The notes: a model not told the origin generated them from the sequence alone. A stretch of 64,000 bases of DNA from Schmidtea polychroa (GCA_044892525.1 CM097885.1:77066001-77130000); one strand, 5' to 3'; positions 1 through 13,640 are shown, counted from the first letter of the stretch. Numbers and translations: made by a program.

Positions 1-1390
1 ATTTAAATTGTAAACAGTTGATAACACTACTATTAAAGTGAGCATACCTGAATCTATAGCTGCTGGTAAGTTAGTTGAATGTTATTTGAATATTGAATAT
101 TATTTTCAATGTTTAAGTGTGAATAGTAATTAAATGAAGATATAGATTAGTTAGATAAGTAAATGTGAATTTTGTAATACAATTATTCAAATTAACATAT
201 CAATCCATGATTCCAAAGTCAATGCTATTTTTATAATATTCATTTCAGATTCATTTCTGTAAGAAAATGTCATCAGTTGCAAAAGCAACACGATCTCAAA
301 CTGAGTTGTATCTTCTTGGCGATTCCGTGACTCAGTTACGTGGCAGCAAGCTGCCATCTTTACGTATCGCTCTTGGACTCTTCCTACATCACCATCTGGA
401 ACTGAAAGAGACAATAAGACTACTGCAGAAGAGCGAGGGTTGCGTGATGTTTGTGTATTTGCAGTACGAGTGTACCTGAAAGCTTGGATATCTGCACCTC
501 AAGCAGCAGGTGCTCCATTCAGTGACTTGCTGCTGCTGAAGTCGCTGCTCGAGTACTCATCAATACATGCAGCCATTTCAAAGGCAACATCTCGCAAGTT
601 TGCAAATCATTTGTGGTACTTATCTGAGAAACTGGTAAGCTTGGCTTTTTTCGACAGTCGGGTCAGTTCGTCAACCAAACGACTGATGGTGAGTGCCATG
701 CAAAATGATGAAAACCAGGATTCTGATCATTGCAAACGTATCACAGTTGCTCTTGGTTCATTCAAAGAGAAAAACTTGGAAGATTTTGTCACAGCTAAAT
801 CAATGATTCTGCTTCAACAGCTTGAACTGCCAGATGGATTTCTTGCAGTTGACCCAGACTTGTGGGGAGACAGAGATGATTACAAACAAGCTGCAGAAAC
901 AGTTACATCTCTAAAAGTTGTAAATGACCATGCTGAGCGTGGAGTGGCCCTCATTCAGGAATACAGTGGATTAATCACCCGTGATGAAACACAACTTCAA
1001 TTCTTGCTGCAAGTTGTCCAGGACCATCGCAAAATGTATCCCGACAGCAGGAAAAAGACTCTGTCCGCCATCTCTGGGTTTACATAATAACAGTTAATTT
1101 CAAGTTTGCTGGACATTTACAGATTGTTTGTGTCAGAAGCTAAAGAAACATTTCACTATTAATGTCTATGTGTGTAACACTGAAGTTTGCAAAAAAATAA
1201 AATAGAATCAGAATTTGTTGAATTTACAAAAATTTTATCATATTTCAGGCACTTGAGCTACCTCTAAACATAAAAATTTATTGCTTAAACTTTTTATACA
1301 GTGTTTCTATACCATAAGGAACAGATTAGGGGGGTAAGACTTTCAAAAATTATTTTTTTATTTTTTTTTATTTTTTAAGCTCCACCCTAA
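1..1390 (+). mobile_element. Internally deleted hATm-like DNA transposon (5' end outside the window)
   Basis: An N-terminal segment (MSSVAKATRSQTELYLLG...LRGSKLPS, 267-~418) is joined out of frame to a C-terminal segment (HLWYLSEKLVSLAFFD, VVNDHAERGVALIQEY, to 1087). The right terminus CCACCCTAA (reverse complement TTAGGGTGG) ends at 1390. The central catalytic core is missing. Family assignment is from motif memory. Confidence 0.7.
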
Positions 1391-1454
1391 TAAGTATCCC
1401 GGATTGCTGTTCCTTTGTAATTCCTCGTTTTTTCGTATAAAATATTTTGACCTT

Positions 1455-2452
1455 GACCACACTAGTTCGGAATCATTCTTTGTCATAGTAAGGTAAGAGC
1501 TCTGATTCTTAGTCTCTTGCAGTCGCTCGCTTCTCCACTTTGGCCAACTTTCCTCCTCCTCCTGTAGAAACCTTGGTCGTTCAAACCACAACTTTGAATC
1601 TCTAAGTTCCTCGGCCCTCATTACCCTTTATCGCAAATCTACGACATTTTCCTTCGTTGGCACATACCTCCACTGTGAGCTTCTTGTCGAACGCTGAATT
1701 TCCTTTCTTTCACTTTTGTCAGCAAATATTCCATTCCCCCATAATGTTTCAATGACTGATGTATCTCTGACACTATTAACCGAGCAACCCAACTTTTCCC
1801 TGAGAGTATTATCGGGTACTTCGTCACCGGATCCATCAAAGTTGCATTTGCGAATCGAGTCCCACTACGGCTTCATATGCGCATTTTGAAGCCTCCACAA
1901 ATATGTGAAACTTCGACTCATTATTCGCGTCTCAAATTAAACATCTTTCGCATCTGACTTCATTTAAGATTGGAAATACCTTCAACCAGCCCTCGACCTT
2001 TCTCAATAAATGTTGTGGTAACAAGTCATCCCAATCCATACCCGCCAACCAAATCTCTTGCATTAACAGCTTACCCCTGATCATTAAACTTCCTGCTAAT
2101 CCCAAAAGGGTCAAATATCCTCCCTAAGCAACTTAGAAATCCTCGTTTCGAGAGCCTTTGTTGAGTTGGTAGTTTGACATCGTAACCTCTGCCTTAATCC
2201 AAACGAGTCCAGGAGTTTTTACTGCTACCTGATTTCCATCGTTCAAGTTTAAGAGCTTTGATCTCCTTTCCTCAGGAATCGTTTCTAGCACCCTTTTTTC
2301 ATTGGTGAGCTACTTGTTGGTTAGCATTCCTGCATGTTCTCAGATATCAATTATTTCGTCCTTGACCCTAAATGGTTCCTCCATTGACTGAAAGGAATCC
2401 ATCGTATGATCCATGTACATGTACATTGTTCCCGCCGCTATTGGAAACTTTG
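1455..2452 (-). mobile_element. BEL/Pao retrotransposon pol fragment (RT end, RNase H, pre-integrase region), degenerate and internally rearranged
   Basis: Minus-strand peptides KFPIAAGT..MD..MDSFQS, DPFG-like/LAGSLMIRGKLLMQEIW..GMDWDD, WRYVPTKEN, DPVTKYPIILSGKSWVARLIVSEIH. Nucleotide blocks are near-identical to 51990-52920. Confidence 0.85.
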
Positions 2453-3099
2453 GGAATTATAATTTGGGAATTATAATTTGTTGGACATTATAATAAGAAA
2501 TGTCTAGCGAAATAATTCTATGTAATTCATACAGATCACATTCAATCCCCGGTTCTTCACTTAATCCAGCTCCGGTTTGCAATGCTTGAAAATCATTTTC
2601 ATCGTCAACAATCCAATACTGATCTGCATAATCACTCTCAGTGTTTGAACAATTTCAAATAGATATTCAAAATTTAATTCTTCAACTATTATATTTATTT
2701 CTTCTGCATGTCTTAAACATTCACTTTTATCTCTTCCTCCGAATTTATTATCTCAATTATTTAAGGATCTTGTTTTTTTGTTAGTCTTCAGAATCTATTA
2801 TTTCGATTACCTATGGATATTTTATGACAACTTTTCCCATTCTAGGTTTTTTATTTTGAAATAAATGCGAACAAACTTGTTTTTTGAAAATTTAAATTTT
2901 ACGCATAACTAATTGATTGTTTTGGCGATTGTTTGCTTTTATTCTAAAATATTAAATTAAATAAATATATTAAACAAAAATATTCGCTTCCTGTGTTAAA
3001 TAAAAAATTTGAATATAATTAAAACAACTATAGTTGCTAGTTAAATATCGTTAATAGGTAACTAAACCATTGTTGTTAGCAAGCAACCAGAATATTCTC

Positions 3100-3340
3100 G
3101 AATTTTTTTAAATATGAATCAAGATGATGATGACATCTCTCTTATAAACGTTTTCTCCAATATTTATCAAATCTTTTTATTAATTTCATCTGAACTTTAC
3201 AAAATTCTGATTAATTCAAACCATTTTCAGTTTCTGAACCTCGAAGCCAATATATTTTGTTGAATTTTTTTTGTAAAAAGCCTTTTTCCATTACCACTAT
3301 AGCCGAAAATTTGATAAACAACTTCATTTTGTAAATCCAT
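3100..3340 (-). pseudogene. Degenerate P-loop NTPase-like fragment
   Basis: The minus strand reads MDLQNEVVYQIFGYSGNGKRLFTKK (hydrophobic strand plus a Walker-A-like GxSGxGK), followed by a frameshift and stops. Confidence 0.3.
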
Positions 3341-4266
3341 TTAAATTAATGTTCTGCAAATATATTTATATAAAGGTTTAGAGTTGATAAACGTTTTGAA
3401 ATAAAAGTAATTTGAAATTAATTATTATCAATATTTAAACACTTGTAGAGAAGTTGATGTGCATAAATTAATATTTTAATATTTAAAAAAAATTTCATTT
3501 CGAGTCTAAAAATGTAAAAATATACTTTTATTTTTCAGAATTTTTAAGTTTACCGCGCAAATATTTCATTTTTAAACAAAGATTTGAAATATCTGTTATT
3601 AATTACGTCTGAAACCAGACCTGTGGAGTCGCCAAAAAAACACGACTCCACTCCACTCAGACTTAAAAAAGTTTTATTTAATAGTGTTGGGTTTCCCATC
3701 AAGTTGACGCCACACAACAAGCATATTCTAGGAGGAAATATCATACACACGTCAATCCACGACACAACCTCATTCTCTTAGCTTTTCTCTGTCAACCATT
3801 GGAGATTCCCACATGACCCTTCGTTGTACGACAAGGTATCCATGGAGGTTAATCCATGTTGGTGATGCCCCAAGTCGGTGTAATCTATAGATCAGTTGAG
3901 TTGCTGTGTTACAATTACTCCTCTACGGCATTTCCATACGGGTCCTAGAATGCGGATAGAAGGACTTACATCTTACTCAACGTTCATAATCAAAATTTCC
4001 CAAATGCGATGAGGTTAAACAAGGTCCTACACGCCTTCATCTTTACCCTGTACACAACGAGTTCATGTAAAACTAACATTTCAGGACACAAAAAATCATA
4101 AGATATATTGTGAATTACACTCATACAACACGAAGGAAGCATCAAATAATCATATATGCCATTGGTCTGGTCAGCTCATCCATCACACAAAGATTGTCGG
4201 ACATTCACATCATTCGAAACAGAGATTTGATTACACTGATCTGCCAAAGAGTCGATTGGCTTAATG

Positions 4267-4990
4267 TTAGAAGATTCCAAAAGCATCGTCTTCTGTTTCC
4301 TTGAGCAGTTGGTCGATATCAAATTCCCAAATATTATCCTCTAGCCAAGGTGTACCCGAGGCCGGCACTATTCGAAAAGATGATGACTTATTTGCTTCCA
4401 AAGCTGCGACAATATCCTCAGTGGCTTTCTCGTGGTTGGCTAGTAGTGCTACTTCGGCTTCTGCCTGTTTGTCTCGTTTACGTTTCGATCTTTCGGCCCT
4501 GGTAAGGGACTTCCGCTTTGGTCGTTTAGATGAGTCCAGTTGCAGTGGAACGATAGCAGGTGTTTTAAATTTGATGGGGCCACACTGGTCCAGGCATAGA
4601 CTACTTCTGGAGATGGCGATGATTTGCGCAAATCGTTCGTTTCGGTGAATGCGGATCTTCCGATAGGTGATGGATAGGAAATACGTTAGTCATGTCCACT
4701 ATGGGGCATTCCACAATACGCTTCCGCAGTTTTGACTCCGAGTAGATTTTATGTAAGGTCTTGGACTGCTCGTTGATTACAATGCGTTGGTTGCGACTCT
4801 CTTCTAGCAAGCTGTCCCTGCAGTATTCTAATCTCAGTATCTTTCGATTTGCTTCTTTCATCTGGACGGGGGTGAACCATGTCCTCTCCAGATGATCAAT
4901 TCGCTTCTTCAATTGTCCGATCTCTGATTGCATTACACGCATGGATGCGTTCTTGTCCTCGCATGAAAAGCATGGTGATAAAACTGGCAT
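4267..4990 (-). CDS. Two overlapping orphan ORFs (4601-4990, coiled-coil-like; ~4689-4267, no ATG), or one frameshifted gene
   Basis: The 129-aa ORF is in the ORF track. I translated a further ~141-codon stop-free frame ending ...WLEDNIWEFDIDQLLKETEDDAFGIF*. The region is more GC-rich than its flanks. Confidence 0.4.
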
Positions 4991-5974
4991 TTGACTTGGA
5001 CATCTTTCTAAAATAACATAATTTATTTCTATTAACCGACTTATCAGACATTTCGATCAAGTCAAACCAACAAAAATGAAAAGAACAATCCTCATAATAA
5101 GTAAGGAAATTATAATAATTCGCGCACAAATTCGACACTAGAAATCACATAGAGCGGAATCTAACCTGGGATGACAACCGCGTCTATCTCCTTCTGAACT
5201 GATTTTAATGAACACATTCCTCTCTAATTATATAAATTTAATTCCGAATGATGAAAACCCCTTCGACTAGTATGTTATTTTCTCGTTACAATTCCTGACC
5301 ACGACGAAATTAGCTTTACCGATTTAACTGAACTAGCTACATTAATAATTTATAAACCAAACGGAGCAACTTAAAATTAATACGACTACTTATCTAAAAA
5401 ACTAATTCTCGTATCTCGATTCTATTCAGTATAATGAAGACCTTATTGGTTGTTACATTTCTTTTCTAGCACACACGATTAATTTGATGAATTTAAACAG
5501 CTGGATCTAAAAATGTTCTAAACGAATTACCGTAATAAGTTGCAATAAAATAATGCTTTATCGAGTTTATGTTTAGCTAAAAATTAATTTATAGGCTATA
5601 TTAGTGACTAATAATTGACGAACTCAGTTCAGCGGTCTAAAATTTACTAAATTGCAAAAATATTAAATTACGATTAATTAACAAAACTTTCTGCATGAAA
5701 GGTAATATCGATGTGGATTAATTCGCGATTTGTTTATATTTTTTCGCCGGAAGCAACTGGATGTCTCTACACTCCCTCTCTTTAACTACCAGTGTTTATG
5801 CATCTATTTCTGAACGAAGAAGCTCGGTAAACTATTATCATTTGTTTATCATTACGTCAAGATCACCATTTAGTGTCCATGACTGCCAATGTTCGTCTTT
5901 TGTTTTTTTTTATCATCAACGAATTGAACAATAATTCCCAAGTAATCTATATTACTAATATACTATTTAAATTA

Positions 5975-6430
5975 GGATAATGACGCTTCATATTCGAAGC
6001 CCTACTGGGTGCACTAGATCCTTTCCCGGAGAAAGCTCTGATTCTTATGCCACAGATTTGTTTTTCAGAGTCATCCTCAGCTAAAACAAAACCTTTGGTA
6101 TTAATATTTCTATTCATGTGGGCTCCATATATTAATAAAACGAGTTTATTTAAAAAAAATTCCTAATTTTGAGTCCTTGGAGATAGGTTTTCCTTGGGAA
6201 AGCACCACAATCCGATTGGCATCTTCTAATTTCCGTCTATCCAAGCAGGGTCGAATAAAAGCCGGGTTCCAAGTCAGTAAGCACTTTCTGCTGAGTTAGC
6301 TATTAATTTGAAAAAACTTTGCGAGGCTCTTTTAAGAATTAAATCGACTTCAACATCTTCAGAAAAAGATTTTTTTTTGTCTGGAAACTTTTGTACAAAG
6401 AAACCATCTCGTTTATCTGACAAATCATTT
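5975..6430 (-). pseudogene. Orphan pseudogene frame (~150 codons interrupted by a few stops)
   Basis: One frame reads NSKKLNDLSDKRDGFF...ANSAESAY*LGTRLLFDPAWIDGN*KMPIGLWCFP...KNQSFLRERI*. No family recognised. Confidence 0.3.
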
Positions 6431-7077
6431 AATTTCTTGCTATTCTTAAAATAATTTTATTTAAATAGCAAATTAAATTAAATATTCTTTAATGTTACCT
6501 TTTTTAATACTACTGATTTCATAATTTTTATTATTTAAATGTTATTTTTTATATTTTTATTGGCAAAAGTAGAACTTTATATTGCTTATTTAATTAATTG
6601 CTGAATTCTCTTTAATGAAATATATATTTATAAATTAAAATTGTGATTTTTTACTTGGAATCGAAATCGGATTCAGTGAATCCATAAAAAGCCGAAATCT
6701 TTTGGACTCGGTTTTTCTTTTTACTAATCTGACAAAGCACCTACGAATTGGTGAGAACTACTGAAGGAATATGGTGAGGTTAGACGAAGATTGCGGTATC
6801 GGCCAAGTCCATATTCGGCTTTTATGTATATCTTCATTAATGCTTGGCTCTGTTCGTTCACAAGACTAAGGTGTACCCTCAATCATACGGTTGTCACAAC
6901 ACTTGTTGAGTGTAAAGATCTTCTGATTCAAATCCTTTATTTGTAGATAATTAATCCAAGTGTTCTGGAAATTCTTGAACTCTTGATTGCCTATTTTTCA
7001 CTTTGTTATTAGAGTTAATTTATTGCGACTTGCTTCTCAGTGCAAATTCTGGAGCTTCATCGGGCCGTGGGTACATG

Positions 7078-7440
7078 TGTCATCATATATATATATATAT
7101 AAAATTTGAAGAGTTTTTGGTTAATAAATGTATAAAAAATCAATCAGTTTAAACAAATGCAAAAATAATAATAAGTGTTATAAATAAATATGTAAATGAG
7201 TAATTAATAAATAAGAAATTAGAGTAAGTATAGTCGGGAGCTACTCTGATTTTAAATAAGAAATAAAATATATAAATAAAATTAAGATAAAATAATTAAT
7301 TGGTAATTATTGTTATTTATATCTGGTATTATTATTCTTAATAGTGCGTATATATTGTATTTGTATATTTGTATTCAAAGGTGAGGAAATATGTAAAGCC
7401 CAGCCGAGTCTCATTTAAAAAAATGTACTCTCTCGGGACA
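7078..7440 (-). mobile_element. LTR (TGTC...GACA) with an adjacent gag-like remnant at ~6780-7077
   Basis: Inverted TGTC/GACA termini, an internal (TA)n and no TSD, so not a solo LTR. The adjacent minus frame KIGNQEFKNFQNTWINYLQIKDLNQKIFTLNKCC resembles a gypsy gag N-terminus. Confidence 0.45.
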
Positions 7441-10400
7441 GTTGGGGTGATTGTATGTTGATTGAAATTGCGATTTTACAATAAAAATAAATATTAAATT
7501 AACAAATAATATAACCACAAAATGTAATTTAACTTTTGTAACGTTTATTCAATGATAAAAAATATGAACCTTCTCTATGAAACTTTGTGGGAATTGAATT
7601 GAGTAATAATTTCGTTCTATATCTGGTCATAGTTGGATGGGTTTGATATTGGAAATAGATAGTTTTAATTATGTATCTCATTCATATTACCACAATTTAC
7701 TCAAATAGTTATTAAAAAACTAATTTTTAATGATTTTTTTAAAAATTTTTTTACAATTCTTTATACTAATAATTTACTATAGAGAATTGTCCTATATAGT
7801 TTATTATATATATTTTTATACATAGTCAATACCAGTAACAAAACAGTAATAAATTCTAATCAAAAATAAAATGTCCACACCACACTACAATTATTTTTAT
7901 TATTTTATTAATGTTAAATTTTAAAAAAATATAGAAAAATGTACATAAAAACTTACATTATCAATGATAATGATGGTGTTAATAATAATTTACTTCGATC
8001 TTTGTCCTGAACTGAATGAGATATGTATAAGGTAAACCGACAATCCAGGTGTAGTGTGGGCTTTAAAGTGATTATAGTACAATTTGTTGAGGTTCCCCGT
8101 TTCCCTCTGAATGCCCAATATATTGACATTCGGAGATTTTGGAAATTTAATAAAGGAAAACAAAAAATTTCATCCACTTAGTTATCTCGACAACTTATCC
8201 AGATAACGACATACTTATAGGCACATAATTGCCACAAATTGCAAAATCTTAAAGACACGTGTCGATAATACAAAATAATCAGGAGTACCATCAATGTAAT
8301 CTTTAAAAATGCACAAAAGTCCCATTAAGATAATTAATAAGTTTTAATGAGACACCAAAGTGCTTACCAAATTAAATTTAATTTACAATGCATTTTGTGA
8401 CATTTTTGAGTTTTTTTACAAACAATTAATTACTTTATTATTATTATTTTTTGTTATTTCCCATTGTTGTATTAACAAATCCTTAGAAGCAATCGAATAA
8501 TTTTTCTCTTTTCACAAATTTGAGACTCGTATTCAGAGTCCTAAAAACCCGAGTCTTCAGAAACCCTACTCAACAGTCATTACATTTGTGAAGTTCAATA
8601 ACATTTATTAATTTTCGAGGTTCAGCAATTCATTATCAAAATAAAATTCAAAAATATGCAAATAGTTTTTATTTTCAAATAACATAACGATAATTCCCAA
8701 TTTCTAAATCAATTATTCAAAATCCAGTTAAATCAGTTGAAACTTTCAAATCACAAGAATAATAATCCAAACACCAGATCAACCAAAATATATCTACATA
8801 CTGTCATGGAGAACAACAATTCAGCATACACACTCAATTAAAAACAAAACTCACAATTCCATGACATGTTAATCGGCTGAAACAAATCTTAATAAAATTA
8901 AATAAAAACTCAAAATACTCATGGATGCATTTGTATTTTAAATTTGGGTTACACTAGGGGCCTCTTAAGTGATATGTTCCTAATTGTTTTTGCAACCCTT
9001 AGGTAAAACTTTAAATTTAGAAATGTGGATTTCACATGTGTTAAATGGTCCATTATCAAAAGTAGATGTTGAATTGCTCTCTTCAGGTGTCAACAGAAAT
9101 TCCTCACATTTACAAATTTGCCGCCTGGCCTTCTTCTGATCTTGCCTCAGAACGAGTATTACAAATAAAACTCTGATCGCATCATCATCCGTTGCTACCA
9201 TTCGTCTGAACCTTGCGTAATTCTCACTACTAAAGTTTCTGATGGTAGTTTACATGAACTAACACAAAGTTTACACAACAAACAGACTAGTTATTCATAA
9301 TTGGGTTTATTTTTGTGTATTCTAAGGATACAAGAAACTTTAGATTATGCTAATTTGTCTTAATATGCTTTATTATGTCGCCAGTAATTATTTTTCACTA
9401 ATTTTTAATTGTTTAACAACCTTTGATCCAAGGAATTTCCTCGAGATTTAACGCTCAATTCCTCATCTTGCTTCCTTGTGACATCGCTTTGTTATGTAAT
9501 TACCACCATATACTGCCAAGTTCCAAAAAAAATTTTGTTGTTGATTAAATTTGTTCACAGTGATATTTACAACTGCGCCATGCTGATGCCAGATCTAAAA
9601 TGAAAAATAGTATTTTTCTCGATTTTATTCCTCGAAAGTAAAAATATAAAATAAAACTTATTCCTTAGCATATAAATAAATCGATTTTAAAATTTAAATT
9701 TTGAAATAATGAATTTAAACATACGGCTGTTGTTACTAGACAATTATCGTTAGTAGGCACCTAAAGAGATAGTAAACAACTACAATGCTCTTTGAATATG
9801 TAACTAATTTACTTTAATATTTAATATTTAACAATTTTGTTCATTGGAAAACAATATTTAAATTAAAACAATGCTTGATGCTACGATTTATATTGTCCAG
9901 TTAATTTCTAACCCGTAAACGCCACAAATTATTTGTACAAGTAGAGAAATTTCTAGCAAAAACCAAATCTAAAAACATTTTATGCCATACTAAACACTCG
10001 ATCGTATTAAACTGAGTACAAAGTCAAACGAATTTATGTGTTCATTTTGTATTGGTGGCGTGGCGTGCATGGAAATGCAGAGTGAGTTAACTCGCTTAAG
10101 ATGTTTAAAAGGTTAATATATGGTTTTATAATTATTGTGTTTGTATGTTGAATATGCTGTTGTAAAAACTAATCTGAAAATAAATAATATCAAGCTTATA
10201 ATTATAAATGATTTGATCATATTTGCATTAAAAATATTTTTGCACGTTTTTTGACTTGATTGTATACTTGTGCACTCAAAAACCGAAAATGGATCTAAAA
10301 ATTAATATTATGTGACAGTCTTAAAGTTTCATTAACAGTCTCTACATGTTAACATCAAGCTTAACTATATGTATACTAGGGTAATAACTAAAAAAAATTC

Positions 10401-10689
10401 TTTATGAAACCACTTGCAATCGAGGAAGATTTATGTGTAATTTAAGAATATAAATTGAATTTTTAAAAAAAGTTCCCTCCTTTCGGAAGAAGAAAGTGTA
10501 GAAAAAATTTTTATCAAAAAAAGGAAGTTTTTAGCTTTATTTAAGAGTAATAGTAATAACTAAGCAACTTTTATTAAGAAATAAGATACAGAACAGTTAG
10601 TAATCTGTAGTAAATGTACAAGAATGTTTAAAAAATATTTTTTCCTATGAACTTCAGTTTAAAAAATTCAATTTTTCTCGATTATACAT

Positions 10690-11330
10690 GAAGTTCCTCC
10701 ATCAGTTTTACAGTACGTTTAGCAATTTGGTTAGATTTGGGAATGTCAATTAATGACTCCTCGACTGACCTCATGTGCTTTATGCGAGGAAATGTTTTTC
10801 AGTACTAGTAAACCCGCTGTTGTAGTGCTTGCTCTTTGGTATTTTGGTTTGAATTCAGGAGAAATGACGTTGAAGAAGAGGTTGCCGACACGGGTGAAGA
10901 AGAAGAGGTTTCAGAATCCGAAGAATCTGAGACAGTTTTATGTGTTTGTGTGGGTTGTGATTGAGAAGAGCTGGCTTCAGGTTGAGTTTTTGATAGTCGG
11001 ATTCGTTTTCTTGGGTGGATTGATTCCAAATTGACCATTGAATAACCAATCTTTCCTCCACTTTTAACTTGCCTCTGGTAGAGCTATTTATCCTCCGTGC
11101 TTTTCCATTCTCCATTAACGTTGGTAACATCAAATAACTGAGAAAGTGTTGCAGTGAATTTATCAGACGGTTTCTTTTTGTTTTTGTCATATAGATCAAT
11201 CAGACTATTCAGTTTAATAGTGGAAAGTCTTGAATTTCTCTCCAGAGCAATTCTATATCCGTAATCATAATTTTGATTCGATCCAGTCGTCGTTTCTCGC
11301 TATTAAACAGAAAAGTGAAGTTTAAGAATT
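10690..11330 (-). pseudogene. Degenerate DNA-transposon transposase N-terminal half (hATm/hAT-related)
   Basis: The frame reads KKKPSDKFTATLSQLFDVTNVNGEWKSTEDK*LYQRQVKSGGKIGYSMVNLESIHPRKRIR, then a Ser-rich linker and a frameshifted LVLKNISSHKAHEV..DIPKSNQ. It resembles invertebrate transposases; family uncertain. Confidence 0.45.
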
Positions 11331-13159
11331 TGACAGTTTGACGACATCCATGTGAGATTGGTTAGCTTTTTAACAGGTGGAATCCTTGGATCCCTTATCT
11401 GTTTAGAAGATGAGGGTAGATTCTTCATCCAAATACACTTTAGACTTTACACTGTCGCTTGAATTTTTATAAGTCATTTTCTTGTGCTTTAAAAGTTATT
11501 AAATGTCTTGTAATTTTCTTCCTATTGTAAGACTTGCAATCTTGCACTGAAAACAAAATAGTTTACCCAAAATAACCAAAACAAAGAAAAATAAATTAAC
11601 AGCCATTTGTAAATGCCTTGTTTATAAACAAATGGAAACAGATGGCTGGAATGTGATTAAAAGCAGTCTAGAACATCATATAAAAAATCAGTGTGAACTT
11701 GAAGTCGATATTCAAATTGCGCGATGTGTGAAAAATAAAAATAAAAAGGTGAGGAACTTTTTTCAATTTTTCAAAAATTAATGTTGCTATTGTCATCTGC
11801 ATACAATTGTTCCTCGAATATAAGAGGTTTCAGTTTCGTTACGAAAAATAATGATAATAGTTATTACCCTTCTGTATATTGTAAATTCTCTAATAATCCC
11901 CACCATGCAAAATTAGTTTTTAAAGCACAAAAATTAAGTTTTATTTTTTAATCTCCACTTCGAATAATTTTTTACTTCGATTTTTACTTAACCTATGTTG
12001 ATCCCCATGATATAAAATGTTTTCATGCACTTTACATTTTACATGATACTCGTGTATTATATAAATATATAAATACATTTATTGACAAAAATGTACATCT
12101 CTATATTTTTGCAAAAACAAATTTTCAAAAGTCCAAGAGACCTTCACACTAGTGCGACGAATAGTAATCCAAAAATCTTTTTCAAACAATTTTTTGAATA
12201 ATTTTACATTTAAAATTCATACTGATCTTATACATATTATTGTTTACATATTATACAGAATTGAATGTTTAAGTGACTCATTTTTAATATAACTGCATTT
12301 CATTTTTTAGAATTGATAGTTTTTAAATTTAATTGAGAAACATTCATTTTCAATATGGCAAATTCGATTTCCTTAAATCAAATTTAATCACTGATTTAAT
12401 CGAACCTCCTTATTAATTGTAATTAATTACAGAAAGGCTATATTTAGATACAATTCATTATTTTCCATGGTATTGGTTTTCATGTTTTCGGTTTTTATCA
12501 ATCAATTTAAAAAGAATTTCCCTCCTATATTTAAACTTAATTAAATGCCCCTTATGTTAAGCATAGAAATCAGAAAATCTATACTTTGCATATTCTTACA
12601 CATTAGACATTTAGAAAAAAATGACCCGGTTATATACATTTTAATAGTACTATCCATGACTATCAATTTAAAACAATGATTTAGGTAAAATTTATCTTAA
12701 TGAAATATATTTAATTATACAGAAATTGTGTATTGATTATAATTTAAAATAAGTATAATGAAAAATCAATATTTAAATACTATCTTTAAATTGGCTGTTT
12801 AAATAAAATAATTTTGATTTAAAATACTTAATAAAAAATTTTAATTGCATAGAATTAAATTAATTAATTTGAAAGAAATACTAATTAAACATTTTAATAA
12901 TTTAGTTCAATAAGTTACTCAAAATTACAAAAATTTAAAATGTGCTTAGATTTATTCATAATAAAATGTTTATTGTTGTGAAATGAATTGGAGCTTTCCC
13001 CCTTGGGGTGTGGATCCAATCAAATCTTTGAGATGTATTTTTCTGTGCCTATACAGTGTGTCGCAGTACGAATTGATTATTGTTTCGCGTTTTTCTGAAT
13101 TTAGTGGAATTATTTTTTGAAGTGAATTGTAATTAATTGTTTTTTGTTTGAATAATGAT

Positions 13160-13640
13160 TGAAAACTTTAAGAATTAAAATTTGATTATGTATTGTAAAT
13201 ATCATGATTTTGAGTCTGCTGTTAATTTCAAAAATATTATTGCTATTTCAAATTGCTATACCAATTATAAGATAATTGATGTGATTTATTCCCAAGAATT
13301 AATGAAGATAATTTATGATTTTGACGAGGAACAAACTGATATTAAATTTACGTTTGAATACTATAGAACTACTAAATATGCATGTGGTCAGTCTCGAGTG
13401 GATTTAAATTTATAGATTTTATTAAACCTAATAACTTTCAATTATGTAAATTTGAACCACAAGAAATTCCAATTCAAGAGCCGATACCAGATAGCACAAT
13501 GTCAAAAAATAGAATTAGATAAATTAGAATGAATTCAGAATTTGATAAGTGGAATTTCGATAATATAAATATCGTTGAATTAAAAGAAGTTCCTGTTGAG
13601 AATGTCATCAACAGAATTACTAGTCTATCATCGCCATAAT
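13160..13640 (+). pseudogene. Orphan frameshifted ORF
   Basis: ORF 13182-13415 continues after a frameshift as DFIKPNNFQLCKFEPQEIPIQEPIPD...FDKWNFDNINIVELKEVPVENVINRITSLSSP. Confidence 0.3.

Noticed and set aside
1382-1390. Telomere-like TTAGGG
   Set aside because: A single unit that forms part of the hATm terminus; there is no array.
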